DNA from: an uncultured Chloroflexia bacterium | Lineage (GTDB): Bacteria; Chloroflexota; Limnocylindria; Limnocylindrales; CSP1-4 | Length of the DNA: 64,000 nucleotides | Direction of reading: 5' to 3' | Assembly (NCBI GenBank): GCA_963813535.1 | Contig: CAWEZH010000002.1 | Span: forward strand, 1,504,001 to 1,568,000 | Part shown: piece after piece, positions 19,866-31,471 of the stretch | Layout of the letters: every line of letters begins with the position of its first letter | How positions within the stretch are numbered: position 1 is the first letter of the stretch | The notes under the pieces: model-generated | What the model was told of the DNA's origin: nothing | What the model saw: the letters and a program-made list of their open reading frames with translations, nothing else | The model's database searches: none | Translations under genes and position numbers: made by a program

Positions 19866-22046
19866 ATGGACCCCGTCACGATCCCGTCGATCCCGGCCGC
19901 CTCGTTCCCGCTCCCACCGCGACTCGAGGGCCTCCGACGGCTGGCGTACAACCTCCACTGGGCGTGGAGCCCCGAGACGCGCAATCTCTGGAGCCTCATC
20001 GACCGGACGGCGTGGAACCGCTATCGCAACCCCATCCCGGTCATCAGCGGCCCGACCGACTGGTCGCGCCTTCTCGACGACGAGAAATTCCTCGCCGAAT
20101 TCCAGGATGTGCTGGCCGACTTCGACCGCTACATGGCCGACGGCTCGGGTCACTGGTTCCAGCGCCGCCACGGCGACAAGCTCGATGGCCCCATCGCCTA
20201 CTTCTGTGCCGAGTACGGGATCCATGAGTCCCTCGGCATCTACTCCGGCGGCCTGGGCGTCCTCGCCGGGGACCACATGAAGTCGGCAAGCGACATGGCG
20301 CTGCCGTTCGTCGGCGTCGGCCTGCTGTACCGCAAGGGCTACTTCCGCCAGTCGATCGACGCCGACGGCCATCAGGAACACGCGTACCCCGACTATGACC
20401 TCAGCCGGCTGCCGCTGGCCCGCGTCCAGGGCACGAACGGCCTGCCGCTCGACGTGGAGCTGCAGCTGCCCGGTCGCAAGCTGTCGATCGCGGTCTGGCT
20501 GGCGCAGGTCGGCCGCATCCCGGTGTTGCTGCTCGATACGGACGTGAGCGAGAACGCCGTCGAGGACCGGCCCATCACGCACATCCTGTACGTCCGCGGC
20601 CGGGAGATGCGGCTCCACCAGGAGCTGGTCCTCGGCATCGGTGGCGTGCGTGCGCTGCGGGCGCTCGGCATGGCGCCGGCCGTCTGGCACCTGAACGAGG
20701 GGCACTCGGCATTCCTGCTGGCCGAGCGGGCCCGCGAGTACGTCCGGGACGGGCTCGCCCTCAGCGACGCGTTCGACCGGGTCAAGCGCGACGCCGCGTT
20801 CACCATCCACACCCCCGTGTCGGCGGGCAACGAGCGCTTCGACGCCGACCTCGTCCGGCGCGTGGCGGGCCCGATGCTCGACGCCGGCGGCGTGCCCGTG
20901 GAGCGCGTGCTCGATCTCGGACTGGGGACGGACGGCGATCGAGGCCAGTTCGACATGACGGCCTTCAGCCTGCGCCTCACGTCCGGCGCCAACGCCGTCA
21001 GCAAGCTCCACGCGGCGACGGCCAACGCGACCTGGCAGACCATCACCCACGGACGGATCCTCGCGGTCACGAACGGCGTCCATGGCCCGACCTGGGTCGG
21101 TCAACCGGTGGTCGAGCTCCTGTCGCGCCATCTCGACGCGGATCTGGACATGCTCGACGCCGGGTCGCGCCAGGACCGCTTCTGGGAGCGCCTCGGGCGC
21201 ATCCCCACTGCCGAGCTGTGGGAAGCGCACCTCCGCCAGAAGCGCGAGCTGGCGATCTTCCTGCAGGGTCGCTTGCGCAGCCAGCTCGCCCGTCACGGCG
21301 AGGCGCCGGCGGTCCTCGCCGAGGTCGAGAGCATCCTCGACCCAGGCGTCCTGACGATCGGCTTCGCGCGCCGGTTCGCGACCTACAAGCGTGCCGGCCT
21401 GCTGTTCACCGATATGGACCGCCTCGCCCGCCTGCTGTGGAGCGCCGATCGTCCCGTCCAGATCATCTTCGCGGGCAAGGCCCACCCGGCCGACCGCCCC
21501 GGCCAGCGGGTCATCCAGGAGATCTTCCAGCACTCGCGCTCGCCCAAGCTCCGCGGCCGGGTGTTCATCCTCGAGGACTACGACGTGCGCGTCGCGCGGT
21601 TCCTGGTCCAGGGCGTCGATACGTGGCTCAACAACCCACGCCGACCGCTCGAAGCATCCGGCACGTCGGGCATGAAGGCGGCCCAGAACGGCGTGCCCAA
21701 CATCAGCGTGCTCGATGGCTGGTGGGACGAGGGCTTCGAGGGCGACAACGGCTGGGCGATCGGCGGTCGCGAGCAAAGCGACGACGAGTCGGCACAGGAC
21801 TGGTCGGACGCCGAGGACTTGTACCGGCTTCTCGAGACGGAGCTCGTCCCCGCGTACTACGAGCGCGACAAGTCCGGCATCCCCCTGCGCTGGGTCGAGG
21901 TGATGCGACGCGCGATGGCATCGTCGCTCTGGGCGTTCTCGACCACCCGCATGCTCCAGGAGTACACGGAGGGCCTGTACCTCCCGGCGGCCGGCGTCGA
22001 GGTCCCCACGCCGGTCGCGGAGCCGGTGGTCACCGAGGCGGGCTGA
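19866..22046 (+). CDS. glgP: Alpha-glucan phosphorylase (GT35)
   Basis: YSGGLGVLAGDH, HLNEGH, FARRFATYKR and EASGTSGMK (PLP lysine). Confidence 0.95.
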   Translation: MDPVTIPSIPAASFPLPPRLEGLRRLAYNLHWAWSPETRNLWSLIDRTAWNRYRNPIPVISGPTDWSRLLDDEKFLAEFQDVLADFDRYMADGSGHWFQRRHGDKLDGPIAYFCAEYGIHESLGIYSGGLGVLAGDHMKSASDMALPFVGVGLLYRKGYFRQSIDADGHQEHAYPDYDLSRLPLARVQGTNGLPLDVELQLPGRKLSIAVWLAQVGRIPVLLLDTDVSENAVEDRPITHILYVRGREMRLHQELVLGIGGVRALRALGMAPAVWHLNEGHSAFLLAERAREYVRDGLALSDAFDRVKRDAAFTIHTPVSAGNERFDADLVRRVAGPMLDAGGVPVERVLDLGLGTDGDRGQFDMTAFSLRLTSGANAVSKLHAATANATWQTITHGRILAVTNGVHGPTWVGQPVVELLSRHLDADLDMLDAGSRQDRFWERLGRIPTAELWEAHLRQKRELAIFLQGRLRSQLARHGEAPAVLAEVESILDPGVLTIGFARRFATYKRAGLLFTDMDRLARLLWSADRPVQIIFAGKAHPADRPGQRVIQEIFQHSRSPKLRGRVFILEDYDVRVARFLVQGVDTWLNNPRRPLEASGTSGMKAAQNGVPNISVLDGWWDEGFEGDNGWAIGGREQSDDESAQDWSDAEDLYRLLETELVPAYYERDKSGIPLRWVEVMRRAMASSLWAFSTTRMLQEYTEGLYLPAAGVEVPTPVAEPVVTEAG

Positions 22047-22050
22047 GCCC

Positions 22051-24184
22051 GTGCCCTCTCGGATCTCGCTCGCTCTCGCGCTTCACAACCACCAGCCGGT
22101 CGGCAACTTCGGCTGGGTCTTCGCCGAAGTATTCGAGAAGGCGTACGAGCCCATGGTCGACGCACTCGAGCGGCATCCGGGCGTCCGCCTTTCGCTCCAC
22201 TACACGGGGCCGCTCCTGCAGTGGCTTATCGCCGAACGAGGCGATACGGTCGCGCGGCTCCGGACGCTGGTCGACCGGGACCAGGTCGAGATCCTCGGCG
22301 GTGGGTACTTCGAGCCGGTCCTGGCCTCGCTGCCCGAGCGCGACAGGATCGGCCAGCTCCGCCGGATGGCCGACGAGCTGGAGGGACTGTTCGGCCGGAG
22401 ACCACGCGGCGCATGGCTCGCGGAACGGGTCTGGGAGCCCGACCTGCCGACCTCGCTGGTCGCTGCCGGGTACGAGTGGACGGTGCTCGACGACGCCCAC
22501 TTCCGCGCGGCCGCGATCCCCGAGGAGGACCTGTGGGGCCCGTACACCACCGAGGACCAGGGTCACCTGTTACGGGTCTTCGGGACCGAGCAAGGTTTGC
22601 GCTACCGGATCCCGTTCCGCGACGTCGAGGACGTCATCGAGTACCTGCGCAGCCACGCGACCGAGACCGGCGATCGTGTCGGCGTAATGGGTGACGACGG
22701 CGAGAAGTTCGGCGCCTGGCCGACGACCTGGGAGCACTGTTGGGGCGAGCGCCGGTGGGTGGATCGGTTCTTCACGGCGCTCGAGGCGAACGCCGACTGG
22801 TTGACCACGACGACGCCCTCCGCGTGGCTTGCTGACCACCCGCCGATCGGCCGCGTCTATATCCCGACCGGGTCGTACGCCGAGATGGGCGAGTGGGCCC
22901 TGCCCGCCGACGAGAGCCTCGAATACAACGCCATCGTCCATCAGGCCCAGGCCGAGAAGCGGCCCGAGGCGCGCTGGCTCCGTGGGGCGTTCTGGCGGAA
23001 CTTCCAGGTCAAATACCGCGAGATCAACGACCTGCACAAGCGGATGCTCGGGGTATCGGCAGCCGTGGCAGGGATGCCGGATGGGCCCGCCCGCGATCGC
23101 GCGCTCGACCACCTCTATCAGGGCCAATCGAACGACTGCTACTGGCATGGGCTGTTCGGCGGCATCTATATCAGCCACATGCGGCTGGCCACCCATGAGC
23201 ACCTCATCGCCGCCGAGGACATCGCCGAGAACGAGAGCGGGTCGCTCCAGAGCGCCGAGCGGCGAGATCTCGACATGGACGGCATCGACGAGATCCGGCT
23301 GTCCGATGCGGGCCAGGTCGTCACGGTGGATCTGGACGGCGGCGCCGGCATCGGCGCCTGGGATGTCCGGCCCGTCCGCCATGCGCTCGCCGCGGTGATG
23401 CGGCGGCGGCCCGGAGGCCTACCACGCGACGCTTCGGTCGTTCGATGAGACGGCAGGTCATGTCGAGGGCGTGGATGGGCCGGCCTCGATCCACGACACC
23501 GTCCGCGTCAAGGAAGCCGGCCTCGCGGCTCGGATCGTCTATGACGCATACGAGCGGCGATCCGGTCTCGTTCGTGTCCTGGCCGTGGAGACGACCCCAG
23601 ACGAGTGGGCGACCGCCCGGGCCGAGGAGCTCGGGGACGTCGTCGACGGCGCATTCGCGGTGGAGGCGCTCGAGACCGGTCGCCTCGTCACCCGTCGGGC
23701 CGCGCGGATCTGCGGAGCGTCCGTGACCGTGACCAAGACCATCACGCTCGGCGGTGACCGCCGCGCACCGACCCTGACGCTCGCGCTTGACCTCGAGCAC
23801 CGCGCTGGCCCGGCGTTCGACGGCCGTGTCGGCATCGAATGGGCGCTGACGATGCTCGGCGGTGGCGGGAACCCGGCAGCGTGGTGGGACATCCGCGGCG
23901 TCCGCAGCGGGCACGATGTCAGCGGCATGGCCCACGACGTGTCCACGATCGCCCAGGGCAACGACTACATCGGCGTCTCCGTGACATCGACCACGACGTC
24001 CGCCGACGCCTGGTGGGCGCCCATCGAGACGGTGTCGAATTCCGAGGACGGCTTCGAACGCAGCTACCAGGGCAGCGCGCTGCTGTTGTCGTGGCCGGTC
24101 CACCTCGCGCCGGGCGATCGATGGACGCGCACCGTGACCAACGTCGTGGCCACGACCCGCGACCGGGCGACGGAGCAGCCATGA
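22051..24184 (+). CDS. GH57 alpha-amylase/4-alpha-glucanotransferase with C-terminal beta domain (apparent frameshift near 23411)
   Basis: HNHQP, WLAERVWEP, GDDGEKFG and NDCYWHG motifs. Removing one base restores RRRPEAYH and continues into ORF 23471-24184 (TVSNSEDGFERSYQG). Confidence 0.88.
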
Positions 24185-25614
24185 ACCAGAGGTCCCTGGT
24201 CGTCCACGGGCACTTCTATCAACCGCCCCGGCTCGATCCGTTCACAGGGACGATGCCTCGCGATCCGACCGCGGCGCCGGCGCACGATTGGAACGAGCGC
24301 ATCAGCGCGGACTGCTATCGCCCGAATGCGGAGCTCGGCAATCTCGGGGCGATGTCGTGGGACCTCGGGCCGACGCTCGCCGGCTGGCTCGAGCAGGGCG
24401 ACGAGGTCGCGTATCGCGGCTTCGTCGACGGCGACCGAGGATCGAACGGGCTGGCGCAGCCATTCCATCACGCGATCCTGCCGCTCGCGAGCGCCGCCGA
24501 TCGCCGGACCGAGATCCGCTGGGGGCTGCGCGACTTCGAGCTCAGGTTCGGCCGGCGACCAGCCGGCATCTGGCTGCCCGAGACGGCCGTCGACATCGAG
24601 ACGCTGCGTCTGCTCGTGGACGAGGACATCGTGTTCACGATCCTCGCGCCGTGGCAGGTCGAGGGGACACCGTGGATCGATACGCGTCGTCCGGTCCGGA
24701 TCGACCTCGGCGATGGACGGTCGATCGTCGCCGTCCTGTACGACGCTGCCCTGTCGACGGCCGTGTCGTTCGAGCCCACGGCCACCATCGACGCCGACAC
24801 GTTCGTGCGGGAGCGGGTCGTGCCGCGGTTCGAGGACGATGGTGAAGACGGTCTCGTCGTCATCGCGACCGATGGCGAGCTGTACGGCCACCATCAGCCG
24901 TTCCGCGAGCAGTTCCTGGCCCGGCTGGTCGGCAGCACCGCCCCGTCGGATCGGCCCTACGCGACGCCGTCATTGGCGGATGCGGTCGCGCGTGCGGCAT
25001 CGGGCGGCCTCGCGACGGCCCACCTCCGGGAGCGGACGTCGTGGAGCTGCCATCACGGCATCGACCGCTGGGCGGGCGACTGCGACTGCGTCTCCGATGG
25101 GGACTGGAAACGCCCGCTGCGGGCGGTCCTCGACCGGTTGGCAGGTGGCGTGGACGCGGCGACCGACCATCTGGCAGCCGCTCTCCCCGGGTCGCCGGAT
25201 CCCTGGGCAGCCCGGGACGACTACGTCGACGTCATCGTGGGAGTGCAGGAGGCGGCTGGGTTCGTCGGCGATCGGCTCGGGACGTCGGCCGGCCCCGAGG
25301 ACGTGCGCGTGCTGCACGACCTGCTGGACGCCCAACGGTGGCGTCTGGCGATGTTCGCGAGCTGCGCATTCTTCTGGGACGTGCCTGACCGCATCGAGAC
25401 GGCCGGTGCGCTGCGTGCCGCGGTCCGCGCCGCCCGGCTTGTCGACGCGCTCGCCGACACGGCCCTCGAGGCGCGGCTGCTGGCCGACCTGGCGATGGTC
25501 CACGGCGAGGACGTCGACGGGACCGATCTCGTGCAGGCGGCGCTGTCCGTGGTCGGGGCGCCGCCGAGTCCCCTCCAGAATCCGTCAGCCCGCGACCTGC
25601 GCGCCACGGGCTGA
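24181..25614 (+). CDS. GH57 family glycoside hydrolase (DUF3536-like)
   Basis: HGHFYQPPR, WLPETA, ATDGELYGHH, SWSCHHGIDRW and MFASCAFFWD; ATGA overlap with the upstream gene. Confidence 0.88.
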   Translation: MNQRSLVVHGHFYQPPRLDPFTGTMPRDPTAAPAHDWNERISADCYRPNAELGNLGAMSWDLGPTLAGWLEQGDEVAYRGFVDGDRGSNGLAQPFHHAILPLASAADRRTEIRWGLRDFELRFGRRPAGIWLPETAVDIETLRLLVDEDIVFTILAPWQVEGTPWIDTRRPVRIDLGDGRSIVAVLYDAALSTAVSFEPTATIDADTFVRERVVPRFEDDGEDGLVVIATDGELYGHHQPFREQFLARLVGSTAPSDRPYATPSLADAVARAASGGLATAHLRERTSWSCHHGIDRWAGDCDCVSDGDWKRPLRAVLDRLAGGVDAATDHLAAALPGSPDPWAARDDYVDVIVGVQEAAGFVGDRLGTSAGPEDVRVLHDLLDAQRWRLAMFASCAFFWDVPDRIETAGALRAAVRAARLVDALADTALEARLLADLAMVHGEDVDGTDLVQAALSVVGAPPSPLQNPSARDLRATG

Positions 25615-25674
25615 CGAGGGTACGGCTTGCTATAGTCGACTGGTCCAACCCGAGGATATTTGGACTACCACGCT

Positions 25675-26715
25675 ATGTCAATCGATCCGACCGCAACGTC
25701 CGCCGCGGGGACCGCCGTCACGTCGCAGGTGACGCCCGGCGGGAGCCTCGACGTCGAGCGCGATTCCGACCTCCCGATCTCCACACAGATCTTCTGGCAA
25801 CTTGCCTATCAGATCGACTCGGGGCGGCTGCTGCCCGGGTCTCGACTGCCGCCGGTCCGCGAGCTCGGTGCGGCACTGCGGGTCAATCCGAACACGATCC
25901 GGGCGGTCTACCGCCGTCTGGCCGACGCGGGCTACGTCACGAGCCGGCATGGGGCCGGCACCCACGTGGCCGATCGACCGCCACAGCGGCGCGGTGCAGA
26001 AGCGCTCGGTGGCATCGTCGCCGAGCTGCTGCGCCGGGCGGCGCACGCCGGGTTCACCGCCGATGAGGTCGCGGCGGCGACCTTCGCCGCGGCAACGGAA
26101 CGGAAGCGACCGGGACCACTCGTCCGGGTCGTGTTCGCCGAGTGCACCAGCGCCGACGCCGGCTACGACGCCGAGCGGCTGGTCGACGCGTTCCCCGGCA
26201 TGATCGAGGCCGAGGGCGCGCTGATCGACGACCTGCCGGAACGGCTCGACAAGTTCCACTACGACATCGTGGCGACGACGACCTTCCATGCCGACGAGGC
26301 CCAGGTCCTCGCCGCGGGCCGGTTGCCGGTCGTGGCGATGCTGGTCGGACCGGGCTACCTCGAGCTCGTACACGAGATCGCCGTGCTCCCGCCTGGATCG
26401 CGCGTTGGTCTCGTCTGCGCCAACGAGCGCGGCGCCGACAACATCCTCGAGACGTTGCGGTTGTCGGGCACGACCGGCGTCGAGATCGTGCCGGCACTCA
26501 TCGGCGAGACGGATCAGCTGACGGTCGTGGACGAGACCGCCAACCTCATCCTGATGTCCCGCGAGGCGTTGGCCGCCGGACTGGATCGCCAGATGCACGA
26601 CCCCGATCGCATCCGTCAGTGGTCCTACGAGTTCGACCCCGCCGGCCTGGAGCTGCTCCGCCGGGCGATCGAGCACGTCGCAGCCGAGCGGCCGGCCGAG
26701 GTGCCTGCCGGCTGA
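25675..26715 (+). CDS. GntR family regulator with extended C-terminal domain
   Basis: LPPVRELGAALRVNPNTIRAVYRRL..GAGTHV winged HTH. Confidence 0.88.
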   Translation: MSIDPTATSAAGTAVTSQVTPGGSLDVERDSDLPISTQIFWQLAYQIDSGRLLPGSRLPPVRELGAALRVNPNTIRAVYRRLADAGYVTSRHGAGTHVADRPPQRRGAEALGGIVAELLRRAAHAGFTADEVAAATFAAATERKRPGPLVRVVFAECTSADAGYDAERLVDAFPGMIEAEGALIDDLPERLDKFHYDIVATTTFHADEAQVLAAGRLPVVAMLVGPGYLELVHEIAVLPPGSRVGLVCANERGADNILETLRLSGTTGVEIVPALIGETDQLTVVDETANLILMSREALAAGLDRQMHDPDRIRQWSYEFDPAGLELLRRAIEHVAAERPAEVPAG

Positions 26716-26747
26716 CGATGCCATCCGGCGCATGCCATCCTTCGGCG

Positions 26748-29700
26748 ATGGTCGCCCGGCGCGATTTCCACGTCCGACGGACCGCTCGCGAGCGCTACGG
26801 CATCGACGACTCCCTGCTCGGCATCCGTGGCGACATCGCGGTCGCCGACCTGGATGCCATCCGGACGCTCGCCCAGCGCATGAACGAGGAGCGGCCGCCC
26901 GAGGCGCCAGGCGTGTCGGCCGGCGAGATCGGAGCGCTCGGGCTCCTGCACGAGGTCGGTCACCTCCTGATCACGCGCCAGGCGGCGGGCGGACCGACGA
27001 TGGCGACAGCGATGCGCGACGTCCGGCGCCGATTGCGCGACGACCTCGATCGGCTCCTGGACCGATTCGCGGCGGCGTTTCCCGGCGTCGGACCGGCACG
27101 CGAGCCACCGGTCGTCCAGCTCGAGGAGCTGTTGCTGACCCGGGTCAGCAACGAGAACCCGGCGATCGGTCCCCTGCGCGAGCTGGTCGACGACCGCATC
27201 CTGGCGGAGGGCACGCGCTACGACGACGCCATCGCAGGGCTCGAGGGCGTCTTCGCCGGCGGGGAGCTCCTCGACGTCGGCGACGGGACGAAGGCATCCC
27301 TCGTCGAGTTGCTGCGCGCGCCGGCCCACCACGCCCCGACATCGCTCGCCGGCCAGCTGCGCTACGTCCGCGACAGATGGGGCCGCATGCTCGGCCCGGA
27401 CCTCGACGCGCTCATCGGTCGCATGGACATCGCCATCGGCATCCTGGCCGAGGAGGAGCGGGCGATGCATCAGCGGTTCGGCGGTCCGTCCGACGGTCGC
27501 GAGGTGCACCCGCCATCGTTCCGAGGGCTCGCCGACGAGCCCGAACGCTTCTCGGTCGATTCGGCCTGGATGCCGCGACTCGTGCTCATGGCCAAGAGCA
27601 CGTACGTCTGGCTCGACCAGCTGTCGCGCGAGTTCCAGCGCGACATCCGCACCCTCGACGCGGTGCCGGACGAAGCGCTCGACAGGCTGGCCTCGTGGGG
27701 CGTCAGCGGCTTGTGGTTGATCGGGCTGTGGCAGCGGTCCGTCGCCTCCGAGCGCATCAAGCGGATGCGCGGCAACGCCGAGGCCGTCGCGTCGGCGTAC
27801 TCGCTCGACGACTACCGGATCGCCGACGACCTCGGTGGCGAGGACGCTTATGGGAACCTGCGCGACCGCGCCTGGGCGCGGGGGATCAGGCTGGCCAGCG
27901 ACATGGTGCCCAACCACATGGGCATCGATTCGCGCTGGGTCATCGACCATCCCGAGTGGTTCCTGTCGCTGCCCCGACCGCCCTACCCTGCCTACACCTT
28001 CAGCGGTCCGGACCTGGCACCGGATGCGCCGGCGGGAGTCGTCATCGAGGACCACTACTGGGACGACAGCGATGCCGCGGTCGTGTTCAAGCGGTTCGAC
28101 CGGTCGACCGGCGAGGAACGCTTCATCTACCACGGCAACGACGGCACGAGCTTCCCGTGGAACGACACCGCGCAACTCGACTTCCTGGACCCGGAGGTCC
28201 GCGAGCAGGTCATCCGCACGATCATCGACGTCGCGCGGCGTTTCTCGGTGATCCGTTTCGACGCTGCGATGGTCCTCGCCAAGCGACACGTCCGGCGGCT
28301 GTGGTGGCCGGAGCCCGGGGCCGGCGACGGTATCCCGTCCCGGGCCGCCCACGCCATGAGCCAGGCCGAGTTCGATGCGCGCATGCCGGTCGAGTTCTGG
28401 CGCGAGGTGGTCGACCGGGTCGCGGCCGAGGTGCCCGACACGCTCCTGCTGGCCGAGGCGTTCTGGATGCTCGAGGGCTACTTCGTGCGGACACTCGGCA
28501 TGCACCGCGTCTACAACAGCGCGTTCATGCACATGCTCCGTGACGAGAACGGCTCCGGCTACCGACGGCTGATGCGCGAGACCCTCGAGTTCGACCCCGA
28601 GATCCTCAAGCGCTACGTCAACTTCATGAGCAACCCCGATGAGAAGACCGCGGTCGAGCAGTTCGGCAAGGGCGACAAGTACTTCGGCGTCGCGACGGTG
28701 ATGGCGACGCTGCCCGGTCTGCCGATGATCGGCCACGGCCAGATCGAGGGGTTCGGCGAGAAGTACGGCATGGAGTTCCGTCGGGCGACCCTCGATGAGC
28801 AGCCCGACCCGTGGTTGGTCGAGCGCCATCAGCGGGAGATCTTCCCGCTGCTCCATCGACGGGCATGGTTCGCGGAGGCGCACGACTTCCTGCTGTACGA
28901 CTTCCACACCGACGGCGGGGCGGTCGACGAGAGCGTGCTGGCCTACTCGAACGGCCACGGACCGACGCGTTCGGTGGTCGTCTTCCACGACCGGTTCTCG
29001 TCGACGGCCGGGACGATCCGGGAGTCCGTGGCGTACGCCCGCAAGTCCGCAAGCGGCGCGAAGCGGCTGGTCCGCCGGACCCTCGCCGAGGGTCTCGGGC
29101 TGCCGGACGATCCTGCCCTGTTCATCACGTTCAAGGACGCCCGGACGGGGTCGTCGTACCTGCGCTCCAGCCACGATATCCACGAGCGGGGACTGTGGCT
29201 GACCCTCGACGCCTATCAGGGCCACGTGTTCTGGGAGTTCCGCGAACTGCGCGACGGCATGTCCGGGCAGTGGCGCCGGCTGGCGGAACGGCTCGGCGGG
29301 CGGGGCGTGGTCTCGCTCGACGAGGCACTGCTCGAGCTCCAGCTGGAGCCGGTCCACGGGCCGTTGCGGTCGTTCTTCGAGGACGGGCACGTGGCGGCGG
29401 TCCTCGACCAGTCGGCCGGCGATGCCGACCTCGACGTGCTGGAGGATCGGTTGGCCGCGTTGTTGCGAGCGGTGGCCACGGCGACCAGCGTCAGCGGCGA
29501 CCCGGTCACGACCGCGGCACGGATCCGCGACGAGGCGGCCGCGGCCTACGGCGAGACGGCGGAGGGCATGTCGCGCGAAGATCGCGCGGCGCTCCTCGGC
29601 TGGCTGGTCCTGTCACGGCTGGGCGAGCTGGCCCCGGGCGCCGATGTCGCCGCGACCAGCCTGGCCTGGTACGACGAGCTGCGGATGGCGCCGATCGTGG

Positions 29701-30092
29701 CAGCCGGCTTCCGCTCGGCCGGGCTCGACGAAGCATCCTCCTGGTCCGTCGCCGACCTCGTCCGCGTGCTGCTCGCGCTGCCTCGGCCGAGCACGATCCG
29801 CGGTCGTGGCAGGAGCGCCGACCTGCGCCTCCTCGAGGCGTGGCTCGCGCGCGACCCGATCCGCGCCGCGATGGGCGTCAACACCTGGGAGGGTACGGAG
29901 TGGCTCGACCGCGACCGGTTCGTGACCCTCCTGCGCTGGGCGACACGTCTCGACGCGATCGAGTCGGGTCGCGACCCCGACCAGCGGTTCGTGTCGCGGC
30001 TCGGACGTGCCGCGGAGGCGGCAGGCTATCGGGTCGACGAGCTGCTGGCGACCCTCAGCCGGCCGAGCCCGGCCCGTCCCCGGCGTCACTAG
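26748..30092 (+). CDS. Large GH13 alpha-amylase-family protein
   Basis: DMVPNH, IRFDAAM, LLAEAFW and FMSNPDE conserved regions; long N- and C-terminal extensions. Confidence 0.88.
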   Translation: MVARRDFHVRRTARERYGIDDSLLGIRGDIAVADLDAIRTLAQRMNEERPPEAPGVSAGEIGALGLLHEVGHLLITRQAAGGPTMATAMRDVRRRLRDDLDRLLDRFAAAFPGVGPAREPPVVQLEELLLTRVSNENPAIGPLRELVDDRILAEGTRYDDAIAGLEGVFAGGELLDVGDGTKASLVELLRAPAHHAPTSLAGQLRYVRDRWGRMLGPDLDALIGRMDIAIGILAEEERAMHQRFGGPSDGREVHPPSFRGLADEPERFSVDSAWMPRLVLMAKSTYVWLDQLSREFQRDIRTLDAVPDEALDRLASWGVSGLWLIGLWQRSVASERIKRMRGNAEAVASAYSLDDYRIADDLGGEDAYGNLRDRAWARGIRLASDMVPNHMGIDSRWVIDHPEWFLSLPRPPYPAYTFSGPDLAPDAPAGVVIEDHYWDDSDAAVVFKRFDRSTGEERFIYHGNDGTSFPWNDTAQLDFLDPEVREQVIRTIIDVARRFSVIRFDAAMVLAKRHVRRLWWPEPGAGDGIPSRAAHAMSQAEFDARMPVEFWREVVDRVAAEVPDTLLLAEAFWMLEGYFVRTLGMHRVYNSAFMHMLRDENGSGYRRLMRETLEFDPEILKRYVNFMSNPDEKTAVEQFGKGDKYFGVATVMATLPGLPMIGHGQIEGFGEKYGMEFRRATLDEQPDPWLVERHQREIFPLLHRRAWFAEAHDFLLYDFHTDGGAVDESVLAYSNGHGPTRSVVVFHDRFSSTAGTIRESVAYARKSASGAKRLVRRTLAEGLGLPDDPALFITFKDARTGSSYLRSSHDIHERGLWLTLDAYQGHVFWEFRELRDGMSGQWRRLAERLGGRGVVSLDEALLELQLEPVHGPLRSFFEDGHVAAVLDQSAGDADLDVLEDRLAALLRAVATATSVSGDPVTTAARIRDEAAAAYGETAEGMSREDRAALLGWLVLSRLGELAPGADVAATSLAWYDELRMAPIVAAGFRSAGLDEASSWSVADLVRVLLALPRPSTIRGRGRSADLRLLEAWLARDPIRAAMGVNTWEGTEWLDRDRFVTLLRWATRLDAIESGRDPDQRFVSRLGRAAEAAGYRVDELLATLSRPSPARPRRH

Positions 30093-31396
30093 CGACCGCC
30101 GGTGCCGGTTCGAGCCTCTGGCCTCGGGACGCACTGACCACCCCGCGGCGCGGCCGCACCTCGATGCCGGATCCATGCTCGGGGGCATCGGGCGGCAGCT
30201 GCTCGACCGCCCTCGCAAAGGCGCGAACGGCCGGTCCGGCGGTCAGGCCGTGCGCGTACACGCTCAGCACGACCGTCGCGACCACCGCCGATACGACGAC
30301 GGGGGCGAAGCTGGGTGAGCCGCCGCCATCCCCGATCGCGACGATCGCGAGCACGATGGACGCAAGGCCCCGTGGTCCGAACCAGCCCATGAAGAGGACG
30401 CTCGGTCGCGACAGACCGGTCCCGAGGAGCGCCAGCGCGACCGGCAGGATCCGAACCAGCGTCAGCGCGAGCAGGGCGAAGACGATGACGTCGGACGTCA
30501 TACCCCCCGATGCTCGGGACGAGAACGCCGAACAGGAAGAAGGTCAAGAGGGCGAGCAGCTCACCGCCGACCTCGCCGACCTCGAGGTCCTCGTCCTGGG
30601 CACGCCCGATGGTCGCGGCGTAGGCCAGCCCGCCGACGAAGGCCGCCACGAAGGCGTTGCCGTCGATCTCATGGGCGACGAACAGCGCGAGCAGGGCCAT
30701 GGCGGGGGCCGCGATCCAGCGAGCGGCGGGCAGGATCAGGCCGCGCCGGTCGGCGATGCGGAAGAGCAGGGCGCCGCCCGCCCCGACGAGGATGCCGGCC
30801 AGCGTCCCACTCAACACCTGCGTGACCGCGGTCCGGAGCAGACCGCCCTCCTCGGCCGGAGTGGCGGCCGCGGCGATGGCGGCTGCGACGACGACGATGG
30901 GCGTCACCAGGCCGTCGTTGAGCCCTGATTCGACGTTGAGCGCCTGGCGCACTCGGAGTGGCACCCGCGGACTGATGACGACGATGGCGCCCAGTGAGGC
31001 ATCGGTCGGCGCCACGAGGGCGGCCAGCAGGAGTGCCTCGACCAGCGTGAGGCCGGGCAGCAGCACGAGCGCGGCAGCCAGGCCGAGCACGAGCGTCAGG
31101 GGGAACCCGATCGCAAGGAGCCGGACGGGCAGAGCCGCCGTGCCGCGCAGCGCCCCGACGTCGATGCGAGCGGCATCGACGAAGAGGGCCAGGATGAGTG
31201 CCAGCTCGCCCGCACCGTGGAGGAGCTCGGTGTCGAAGCCGAGGGTCTCGGGCTCGGCGACGAGCAACCCGGCAGCGATCCCGAGCGTGAGCAGGACGAT
31301 GTGGGGCGTCAGGCTCCATCGGTCCAGGACTCGGGAGACGAGCGCGTACCCCAGCAAGCCGAGGACGAACAGCCCGAAGATCACCATCGACGGCAC
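30055..31396 (-). CDS. Cation:proton antiporter, CPA1/NhaP-like (apparent frameshift near 30505)
   Basis: APTDASLG and ESGLNDG in ORF 30089-31396; WFGPRGLASIV in ORF 30055-30501; extra base at a G run. Confidence 0.88.
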
Positions 31397-31471
31397 CCTC
31401 CACGCGCATCATGCGCAGCGGACGATCCCTCGGTGAGGGCGTCGCCCGGTGGATTCCGGCCGGCGTCGGCC

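Noticed and set aside
23395-23475. Programmed frameshift or real split of the GH57 gene
   Set aside because: No slippery heptamer; it fits the window-wide pattern of single-base insertions.
26625-29390. 921-aa antisense ORF (likewise 7849-10026, 19830-21776, 52365-54824 and 57186-59306)
   Set aside because: Shadow ORFs expected in high-GC DNA opposite or overlapping well-supported genes; no recognisable motifs.
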